64,000 nucleotides of DNA from a virus, in IMG/VR virus record IMGVR_UViG_3300021197_001769; one strand, 5' to 3'. A program made the position numbers and the translations under genes. Of the stretch, positions 54,610 to 62,804 are shown piece by piece. The stretch's first letter is position 1. Each line of letters begins with the position of its first letter. The notes under the pieces are model-generated. The model was given only the letters and a program-made list of their open reading frames with translations. It was not told where the DNA came from and did no database searches.

Positions 54610-57600
54610 TAACTTATACTCAAACTAGTTACTGAATCACCTGATGCTAATCCTATTCTTAAAAGAATATTATTATTAGTAGCATTGGTTGCGTTTTCTG
54701 TACCGAGCGTGAAAGTAAAAGAGCCATTCAGCGCTCCTGTACCTACAATATCACCTCCAGTAGATGCACATCCATTAGAACCGTTTCCTCCTGATCCTGT
54801 GTTAGCGCCTGGTACACCAGCACCTGCATATTGACCTCCACAATCTAACCATCCATTTAATGAGGATGATGAATCAATTACTGTGCCTGGTGCTGCTATA
54901 AACATACCTTCTATACCAGAAGACGAAACAATATTAACTGTAAAGTTAGCCATTGCTGTTCTTCTAAACGCCATTGTAAAATATTGAGTTCCTGTATCAC
55001 CTGATCTGTTTGGTCCAGGAGGAACATATGTACTGTAGTTAGTAGTATCGTGTTTTAATACCCCTAATCTAATTGTAGCTTCTTTAGTGCCTTGAACTCC
55101 ACTATCTGAATCTTCTACGAATATATCTGTATTGTAATAATTATATGAACCACCTCTCAACGCAGGGGTATCAGTAGTAGCTGATTTTAAAGCTCCTGAT
55201 CTAACTCCGTTGTCGGTAAAACCTGAACCTAATCCACCAGCTACACTTATAGCAGTTTCGTTTATTCCAGATTGAGAAGCTGTATGCACGTTTATATTAG
55301 TTGTATTTTCTACATAAGAACTAGTACCGTTAGTATTACTTGCTCTCACTTTAATTCTATCTACTGTTCTAACTGATGAAGATGTAATAGCAACACTTAA
55401 GGTAGCTAATGTATAAGCAGAACTAACACCTGTATTAGCAATAGGTATGCCTCCGGATAACATTGTTGATGAACCATCTACATTAGCGTAAGTATAATTT
55501 GTATTAACTGTACCAGCAGAACTAGTACTTTCTTGATTAGTTCCAGAATCTATTTCAACAGGAGAGGATGTATCATTATAAGCTTGTCCTACAAAATTTG
55601 ATATTTGAATACCTGCAACGTTTATTGTAGGGCTTCCAGAATTAAAATAAGGCACTCCTGAAATGTATCTATAGGTTCCTGAATTATTAACTGATACAGT
55701 ACCTGTACTTGATACTGTCGGAGCCGCTGAAACTGTATCGTCTCTTAATATGTGAACAGTAGATGTTGAACCTGTCTGCGAATGTTTTATTAATTGTGCA
55801 TTAAGTCCTAAAGTATAACCTGATAAAGATCTAGCTATTTTAGCATCAAATGTCTGATAAAAATTGGATGGATATGTAGAAGAACTAATAGTATCATGAG
55901 CATCAGCTTGTTGAGTAACTTGAAGTGAACCAGCAGCTCCAGTTTCTCCTGATGTTGTAGTAAATGATATAGTACCGTCACTATCACCATTTCTTATACA
56001 TGTTACTTCACCTGCAGCTCCATTATAAGCATTATTAATTGTATTAGTATCTATAATTCCAGTAGTATATCTTCTTGCAGTTGTACTATTAAGAGATGTT
56101 CCTGCTGCTAATGTAGACATAGTACCTGTATTATCAGTGAAACCTGAAGCTAATTTAGGATTAGTACCGTGAGCTGAATCTGATAAAGTTAAAGTAAAAG
56201 TAGATAAGTTACTAGGAGCAGCTGGTACTGCGTTAATTGTAAATGTGACACTTTCTTTATCTGATTGAGCTACACTTCCAGGTGAACCAGAAGCAAATAA
56301 TTGAGAAGCATAACTACCAGTTGACTCTCCAGTATAGTCATGATCAATAGTAGCTCCTAATGAACCTGGAGATGATCCATCTTCAGTTAATGAATCTGAA
56401 TCTCCATCGGCCCAACTATAAGTTAAATTAGTTGCATTTTGTGATGTGTTAGTAGCTCTTACTAATGCTCTATTTGCACCGTTTAAGTCTACAAAGTCAT
56501 ATATGTCTCTACTATTATCTCCTGATCTATCAGAAACAGTTACTGCAGTTGCAGCATAGTTGACTCTTAAATCAGGTCTAACTGTAATTTCAAAAGGATC
56601 TGATTCGAAAGGAGATGAATCATGATTAGAAGTTATTTGTAATTTACCAGTAAAAGTAACTGTATGTCCATTAGCTTGATCTGAATCAGGTAATGCATAA
56701 GTATGAGAAACTGCACTAGCTCCTCTATCACCTGATGAACCTGTTCCTGCATTTACTGTTGTATTAGATGTACCGTCACCCCATACATAAACATATCTAC
56801 TACCAAATGTTGCAAAGTTACCAACACCTGAACCTGAATTGTTAGTTGCTTGTATAACATGACCTGATGTAGCTTCTTCATTTACACCATCACTATCATT
56901 TATACTTACAGATGGTGTATGTGTATCTAAAACATTAAAGAAATTATCTGAGTCAGCTGCAGGTATATCAGTTGGGTTAGCTGTAGTGTGTGAATTTAAT
57001 GTGAGAGAAATATTAAATCTTCTATCTTCTTCAACTACTGTATCAAATGTATAAGGTAATCTACTACCGCCGTTATTAATAGAACCACCAGGTAATCTAT
57101 CAGAATCTATAGCATGCATTAAATCGCTATCACCAAAATTAAAAACATAACCTGCGATTGCATTTGAAGTATTAGTAGTATTATTTTGTAAATAAATTGT
57201 ATCGCCATCATCCCATTGTGTAATAGGAGAACCACCAGACGATGCAGCATATATTGCGAATGAAACAGCTGGTGTAGCTGTAAAAACTGTTACGTAGTTA
57301 CTTCTTTCTTTAACTGAAAATGAACCAGCACCTTCTCCAGAAGAGTTTCTAGCTATTACTCTTACAGTAAAAGGAGAACCTACGTTTGAATTGTATGTAT
57401 GAGATGGTGTACTATCAGAACTGTCTGAATCTATGTTACCGTCACCCCAATGAATATCATATCTATTAGGGTTACCATCTGCACTTGTTGTTAATGTAGT
57501 AGTGAAACCAGCACCACCGATTAAGTTGTCACCAGTAAAATCTAAATTAGAAACAGCAGTATTTCTAATTACGTTTCTAGTAGCTTCATTTAATTTATCG

Positions 57601-58112
57601 ATAGCGTCAGTAACTGTTTCAGTTGTTTCTAATGCTATAGCACCAGTTTCACTTGATAAGGAACCATCTTGTAAGGGAGCACCGAGTGTGATTTGATTGC
57701 CTACTGTATTTTGTCCAGCATGCTCTTGAATCATATTAACGATTGCATCTGAGTCGTGACCAGCATTAGCGGCTAAGTTACTAATAGCAGCAGTATCTGA
57801 GTCTAACCTTGCAGTTAAATCAGTCTTAATTGCTTGTAATCTACTCTCATCAGAGTCTAGTCGAGATACTGCAGTTTCAGCTCTTCTTAAAAGAGTCTGG
57901 ACGCGTGTTGTCTCTGAGTCAAGATCTGATCTAAGAGCTGCAACGGCTGTGCCAGCATGCTCAAAGACCATATTCTTAACAACATCTGAGTCAGTAGTAG
58001 AGGATATAGTGTAAACACCTTCACCTTCGGAGTTTACAACAAACCCTACACCTACATTAGTACCTGCCTCTAGTCTAGTAACGAGAGGGATATCATCTGA
58101 ATCGTACGCCAT
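54609..58112 (-). CDS. 1167-aa S/T/G-rich virion protein with PKD-like domains
   Basis: WGDG..SHTY / FGD / WADG motifs, YISGVPYF; 15 DS[DE]. Confidence 0.75.
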   Translation of the reverse strand: MAYDSDDIPLVTRLEAGTNVGVGFVVNSEGEGVYTISSTTDSDVVKNMVFEHAGTAVAALRSDLDSETTRVQTLLRRAETAVSRLDSDESRLQAIKTDLTARLDSDTAAISNLAANAGHDSDAIVNMIQEHAGQNTVGNQITLGAPLQDGSLSSETGAIALETTETVTDAIDKLNEATRNVIRNTAVSNLDFTGDNLIGGAGFTTTLTTSADGNPNRYDIHWGDGNIDSDSSDSTPSHTYNSNVGSPFTVRVIARNSSGEGAGSFSVKERSNYVTVFTATPAVSFAIYAASSGGSPITQWDDGDTIYLQNNTTNTSNAIAGYVFNFGDSDLMHAIDSDRLPGGSINNGGSRLPYTFDTVVEEDRRFNISLTLNSHTTANPTDIPAADSDNFFNVLDTHTPSVSINDSDGVNEEATSGHVIQATNNSGSGVGNFATFGSRYVYVWGDGTSNTTVNAGTGSSGDRGASAVSHTYALPDSDQANGHTVTFTGKLQITSNHDSSPFESDPFEITVRPDLRVNYAATAVTVSDRSGDNSRDIYDFVDLNGANRALVRATNTSQNATNLTYSWADGDSDSLTEDGSSPGSLGATIDHDYTGESTGSYASQLFASGSPGSVAQSDKESVTFTINAVPAAPSNLSTFTLTLSDSAHGTNPKLASGFTDNTGTMSTLAAGTSLNSTTARRYTTGIIDTNTINNAYNGAAGEVTCIRNGDSDGTISFTTTSGETGAAGSLQVTQQADAHDTISSSTYPSNFYQTFDAKIARSLSGYTLGLNAQLIKHSQTGSTSTVHILRDDTVSAAPTVSSTGTVSVNNSGTYRYISGVPYFNSGSPTINVAGIQISNFVGQAYNDTSSPVEIDSGTNQESTSSAGTVNTNYTYANVDGSSTMLSGGIPIANTGVSSAYTLATLSVAITSSSVRTVDRIKVRASNTNGTSSYVENTTNINVHTASQSGINETAISVAGGLGSGFTDNGVRSGALKSATTDTPALRGGSYNYYNTDIFVEDSDSGVQGTKEATIRLGVLKHDTTNYSTYVPPGPNRSGDTGTQYFTMAFRRTAMANFTVNIVSSSGIEGMFIAAPGTVIDSSSSLNGWLDCGGQYAGAGVPGANTGSGGNGSNGCASTGGDIVGTGALNGSFTFTLGTENATNATNNNILLRIGLASGDSVTSLSIS

Positions 58113-58138
58113 TCACCCTCACCTTTTATTCCCAGTTA

Positions 58139-58729
58139 CTAGTTGCCTGAGTTATCGTCTGTATCTAGTACATATCCTCCGAATACAACACTATTAGAAG
58201 TATTTCTAATTTCTAATTTGTGTGCGTCTGTAAAAGCATTACCATCAAAGTTAAATGCTTGACCTGCTGTAATAGTAATACCACCTGGGAATGTGTATCC
58301 ACTATTCAATGCTGTCTTAACAGCTGAAACTGCTACTGTATCAGAGTCTAATCTAGCTATGATTTCTGTTATTTTTGGATTCAATTGAGCCATAATGAAA
58401 TCAGAGTCAGCTACTTGATTAAGTTTTGATATAATCAAACCGTGCTCTGAGTCTCTATCTGCTCTTAAGTTATTAACAGCTGCTGATAAGTTACTTAACT
58501 TAACTGTATCAGAATCTAATCTAGCAATAAGTCCTGGATTAGTACCTGTGTCAATAATAACAGCCCATTTAGTAGCATCTGATCCAGGGGTTACACCTGA
58601 GAAGCCACCTGATACTGCTGAGTATGCAATACCTTCGTGATGTACTGTATCTAATTTTTGGTATGTTGTACCGGCGTTATAAGCGCCTTTAAAAACGAGT
58701 CTTACTCGTCCTAATATCTGAGTTGCCAT
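58139..58729 (-). CDS. Short fibre protein with carbohydrate-binding-like N-terminus
   Basis: LGRVRLVFKGAYNAGTTY..D.V...G..Y...TPGSDATKW, then RLDSD helices. Confidence 0.7.
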   Translation of the reverse strand: MATQILGRVRLVFKGAYNAGTTYQKLDTVHHEGIAYSAVSGGFSGVTPGSDATKWAVIIDTGTNPGLIARLDSDTVKLSNLSAAVNNLRADRDSEHGLIISKLNQVADSDFIMAQLNPKITEIIARLDSDTVAVSAVKTALNSGYTFPGGITITAGQAFNFDGNAFTDAHKLEIRNTSNSVVFGGYVLDTDDNSGN

Positions 58730-58823
58730 TTTCCTTTACCCCTTTTGTTCTGGTTGGAAGCCCTGCCACTTTCGTGGTTCTAGCTCAGTAGCATTAATGC
58801 TGTTTTATTTATAATTATGCACT

Positions 58824-59081
58824 CTAGTCGTCATCAGCTAAATGTGCAGCATAAGCAGTTTTAATTTCATCTGTCCAAACACCGTTTGCTATATTTTGCA
58901 CTTCTGTGCTTTCATTAGATAAGCCATCTGCACTTATGTTTGGTGAAACTATGTGTCTTGAAAAAACTCGACTTATTTCTGTACCATCTCTTTTAATGAC
59001 TGTTGCAGTTCTAACTTGTATAAATTTATACGGCCCTACCACTTCAATTTTATCTTGTATTGTTTCTTCTGTTAATGCCAC
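58824..59081 (-). CDS. Tail-fibre-associated (assembly chaperone-like) protein
   Basis: MALTEETIQDKIEVVG..IQVRTATVIKRDG.EISR..SRH; directly follows a fibre gene. Confidence 0.7.
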   Translation of the reverse strand: MALTEETIQDKIEVVGPYKFIQVRTATVIKRDGTEISRVFSRHIVSPNISADGLSNESTEVQNIANGVWTDEIKTAYAAHLADDD

Positions 59082-59099
59082 TTTCTACTCCTATAATTA

Positions 59100-60638
59100 T
59101 TAGAACGTCATGTATGTTATACCTATGGTAAACCTATCATTGGTTGCCATATGAGAGTTGTTAAGAGTTCCTGCCGATGTATTATTCTCAGATGACCTAA
59201 ATGATCCAACAGATGCATCAGTTGAAACATAAAAATTAACAAAATTACCAGAATTATGATCCGGACCTTGTGCACCAACTCCATCAAAAGCAACTGAACC
59301 AACAGACCTATCACTTAAATCTGCGCCATTACCTGTTGCAAATGGTAAACTTATATCTATAACTCCGTTTGGACTACTTTCACCAGTTATATGTAATTGA
59401 CCTTGCAAGTGAACCATTCTACCAATTTTTACATATGACAATTTTGTAGCACTATCTCCAAGAGTATAGCTACCACTTGTCCTACCTGTGACTGTAGGGG
59501 TATATATACCTTCTTCATAATCATCAAGCAGTTCACCGGTCATACCAGTAGCATCACTTGTGGCACTAAAATCTATACCATGACCATTTGCTACTATAAC
59601 GTTGCCATCAGTTAGAGTTAATCCATTGCCTACAGTTACTGTACCATCAACTTCTAATCCTGTACCATTAATTAATTGAAGTGTGTCGCTATTAAATCTT
59701 GCACTAATATTATTTGAGCCAGCTTTCTTATGAGTTATTTCAATAATACCATCTTCAGTTCCGTCACTAGCGTCTTGTATTTTTCCTGTAATTTTTGCAT
59801 ATACTATTTCTTGGTTAGCATCATTTTCACCTTTGAACTTTATTTGACCTAAGTAATCTGCGTCGGCTACACTAGAACTATTACGTTTAAGTGTAATCAC
59901 TGGACCTGCATTATTAGAATCTTCAGTTGTAGTAACTAATATACTATCATCTGTAGTTGTGTTATTAACAGTTAAAGTTTGGAATGTGTGATCTGAATCT
60001 ATACCACCTAAACCAGCTATGTTAGCTGTATTAGTATTTGTAGCTGCTTTTAATGATTGTATTATTATACTATCACTGTCTAGATCTGCTCTCGTCTTAG
60101 TTGCTAATGATTGAATAGCTGCGCTGTCTGAATCTAGCCTGTTTGTAATTTCACTTATTTTTGATATCTTTATCGAATCTGAATCTCTATCAGCTCTAAG
60201 AGATAATATAGCACCACCAACTGAGTCTAATGTATCGTTACCAGTTAAGAATAATATCTGTCCATCAGAGTCAATAGTCAAAGTACCTGAATTTGCTACA
60301 TCATCATTTGTGTTTAATAATATTTGACCATCACTGTCGACTACTAAAGTACCTATTTGTCTATCAGCATCATCAGAATCTAATCTGTTTATTAAACCGT
60401 CTACTTTGTTTTGTAAATTTGCGACTTTAGTTAAGTCACTATCTTCTATTTCGGCAACAGATGCGAAGGCAAGTGAACCAGAGACAACCTTTAAAATTTG
60501 ATTGTCAGAACCAATAGTTGAGGGAATACTAACGTTACCTACAGTAAGTCCTTTAACGGTTGTACCGCCTGAAGTAACGAAAAGGTCAGAGTCTCCTACA
60601 CGAAGACCGTTTTTTATCATAAAATTTTTTTGTGCCAT
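59100..60638 (-). CDS. Tail fibre protein
   Basis: NFMIKNGL N-terminus; C-terminal GIDFSAT...LLDDYEEG.YTP...YVKIGRMV...LPF tip module. Confidence 0.75.
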   Translation of the reverse strand: MAQKNFMIKNGLRVGDSDLFVTSGGTTVKGLTVGNVSIPSTIGSDNQILKVVSGSLAFASVAEIEDSDLTKVANLQNKVDGLINRLDSDDADRQIGTLVVDSDGQILLNTNDDVANSGTLTIDSDGQILFLTGNDTLDSVGGAILSLRADRDSDSIKISKISEITNRLDSDSAAIQSLATKTRADLDSDSIIIQSLKAATNTNTANIAGLGGIDSDHTFQTLTVNNTTTDDSILVTTTEDSNNAGPVITLKRNSSSVADADYLGQIKFKGENDANQEIVYAKITGKIQDASDGTEDGIIEITHKKAGSNNISARFNSDTLQLINGTGLEVDGTVTVGNGLTLTDGNVIVANGHGIDFSATSDATGMTGELLDDYEEGIYTPTVTGRTSGSYTLGDSATKLSYVKIGRMVHLQGQLHITGESSPNGVIDISLPFATGNGADLSDRSVGSVAFDGVGAQGPDHNSGNFVNFYVSTDASVGSFRSSENNTSAGTLNNSHMATNDRFTIGITYMTF

Positions 60639-60669
60639 CTCGGTTCACTATCCCCAGAGTCATATTATA

Positions 60670-60691
60670 GAGGAGAGATTTCTCTCTCCTC
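60670..60691 (-). promoter_or_regulatory. 9-bp GAAA-tetraloop hairpin in fibre gene leader
   Basis: GAGGAGAGA-GAAA-TCTCTCCTC downstream of late promoter 60703-60710. Confidence 0.65.
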
Positions 60692-60705
60692 GTATATTAT
60701 TATAT

Positions 60706-62298
60706 TTATAACGTTATTTGCTCTATGATTTTATAAGTAGTAGATTGAGCAGACGCAGAAGTGATTCTTAGTCTTACATTTCCACCATTTATATCAGCAC
60801 TTATAGCAGTAACCGGAATTGATCCAGTGTATACTATACCGTACTCAACAAAAGCGACGTTAGTACCATCATGAGTAAGAAGTACTTCTGATACTTGATT
60901 CTCACCTGATACTGTGTTAGCAGCAGTTACTAGTACTTTCATTCCTTTAAAGGAGTTTGAAGCACGTGTAGTAACTGTTGTTGCATCAGTACTAGTAGTA
61001 GTTATTGTAGCTGGAGCCACAACCGCTATACCACCAGTATTAGCTGCATTAACACCTAACGTAATATCATTATTAAATTTAGATTTCAGAGAATCTTCTG
61101 AATCTTGATCGCCTCTTAACGCATCAACTACTCTCTGTAATGCAGATATCTTTACAGTATCTGAGTCGAGTCTAGCTAAGGCATCATTTACTCTTGTATT
61201 AACAAGTTGTACTTGCGTCTGGTCAGAGTCTAATCTGGCCTTTTGTAAGTTACTTGATAACACCAAAGAAGAGATAACAGCTTGATCAGAATCTAATCTT
61301 GAGATAAATTCTTTTCTAAGAGCTGCGATTCTAGGATCTTCAGAGTCTAATCTTGCAATAATATCACTTTGCTTACCTTGCAATAATTGTAACTTAGTCG
61401 AATCAGAATCACGATCTGTTCTTAATGTAGTAATAGCGTTACCAACAGAGTCAATTGTATCTGATCCTGTTAATACCATCAATTCACCTTCTGAGTCAAC
61501 AGCAAAGACACCGTTCTCAGTAAAGTGTAATCTACTATTAATAAAGTCAGAGTCAATCATATTTGAGATTGAGTCAGAATCTATTATCTTCGCTCTTGTA
61601 TTCAAATCATCTAAAGCAATTTGAATAGCTTGTATTTTAGTACTATCAGAGTCTAAGTCTGCTCTTAATGCTGCTGTGTCAGCTGACGTACCAGCACCTA
61701 AAGCTTGAATCCTTGCGCTATCTGAATCAAGTCTTTGTCTTGTTTGCGAAGCAAACGTTTGAAAGGCTGAATGATCAGAATCTAATCTAGGATAAACTTG
61801 TGATCTAATAGTCTGTTGAACAATAGAATCAGAATCTAATCTGCCGATAAGAGCAGCAACTTTTTGGTCTAATTGAAATGTTAACAGGTCTGAGTCAGCA
61901 AGGTTTAATAAACCAGCTGCTATTTTAGCTTGAAATAAGTCATGATCAGAATCCATTCTTGTATGGATAACATCTACTTGACCTCGAATAGTCTGAACTC
62001 TAGTTGAGTCAGAGTCTACTCTCGCAGCTAATTGGTCTTGCTTAGTCTTTAAAGCTTGTATAACGGTACTATCAGATTCATTATCTGCTATAATCTGGTT
62101 AACGTTACTTGCTGTAAGATATCCTGCGTTATTAGTTAAAAGCGAATTATTATCACCAGCTTTGATAACAGCGTTATCGCCAATGGTAATTGTACTTCCG
62201 GTTTTTAACTTTAAACTAGTATCTCCTACAAGACTAAAATGCAGGTCGGAATCACCGACCAATAATCCTTGACGGATTCTAAAGTCTCTATTTGCCAT
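60706..62298 (-). CDS. Fibre-like virion protein with RLDSD coiled-coil repeats
   Basis: DFRIRQGL N-terminus; 17 DS[DE]; C-terminal SEVLLTHDG..VEYG domain. Confidence 0.75.
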   Translation of the reverse strand: MANRDFRIRQGLLVGDSDLHFSLVGDTSLKLKTGSTITIGDNAVIKAGDNNSLLTNNAGYLTASNVNQIIADNESDSTVIQALKTKQDQLAARVDSDSTRVQTIRGQVDVIHTRMDSDHDLFQAKIAAGLLNLADSDLLTFQLDQKVAALIGRLDSDSIVQQTIRSQVYPRLDSDHSAFQTFASQTRQRLDSDSARIQALGAGTSADTAALRADLDSDSTKIQAIQIALDDLNTRAKIIDSDSISNMIDSDFINSRLHFTENGVFAVDSEGELMVLTGSDTIDSVGNAITTLRTDRDSDSTKLQLLQGKQSDIIARLDSEDPRIAALRKEFISRLDSDQAVISSLVLSSNLQKARLDSDQTQVQLVNTRVNDALARLDSDTVKISALQRVVDALRGDQDSEDSLKSKFNNDITLGVNAANTGGIAVVAPATITTTSTDATTVTTRASNSFKGMKVLVTAANTVSGENQVSEVLLTHDGTNVAFVEYGIVYTGSIPVTAISADINGGNVRLRITSASAQSTTYKIIEQITL

Positions 62299-62333
62299 TT
62301 TCCTCTCCCTCTTGAAGTTCTAGGCGGACAAAA

Positions 62334-62756
62334 TTAATTACGTATTAGTGTAAGATTAATCTTGAACTCGGTTTGGTTAGCACTAGTGGTTTGTGATCTA
62401 AGTTCACATAAACTTCCATTTATTACAGAACTAAAATCTACAAAGCGACTACTACTTGAAAATAATGTAGCATACTCTGTAATATCAACTGAATCACTAT
62501 CGCAAAATAACAAGACTTCAGTCACCATCTTGTCATCAGTGATTTTATCCGTGGCTTGTATCACGAACTTAGCGGAACCATAGCTTAACTTACTAAACTC
62601 TGCTATCTTTCTAACGGATGAAGTAGCCGTTGCCGTAGCTCCGGAAGCGTAAGTAAAGACAGCGATGTCACTGTCTTGGAAATCTATTTTATCTACAAGC
62701 ATGTTTTCAATAGTTAAAACACGGTTATTTAGATTGTACTTTAGCTGGCGCGCCAT
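62334..62756 (-). CDS. Small virion protein homologous to the C-terminal domain of 60706-62298
   Basis: YGSAKFVIQ...TEVLLFCD...TEYA; late promoter 62786-62794. Confidence 0.65.
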   Translation of the reverse strand: MARQLKYNLNNRVLTIENMLVDKIDFQDSDIAVFTYASGATATATSSVRKIAEFSKLSYGSAKFVIQATDKITDDKMVTEVLLFCDSDSVDITEYATLFSSSSRFVDFSSVINGSLCELRSQTTSANQTEFKINLTLIRN

Positions 62757-62804
62757 TTTATAATTCTACCTCTGATCAGATGATTTATTTATTAAATCTA
62801 ACAA

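Noticed and set aside
2994-59314. Alternative-frame minus-strand ORFs (2994, 3336, 16691, 19837, 21333, 26226, 27657, 34939, 41885, 54081, 59123)
   Set aside because: They overlap conserved genes in another frame and show no independent signals
52747-62298. RLDSD repeats as a CRISPR array or DGR template/variable repeats
   Set aside because: The repeats are conserved at protein level with degenerate codons inside ORFs; there are no identical DNA repeats with spacers, and no cas or reverse transcriptase gene in the window
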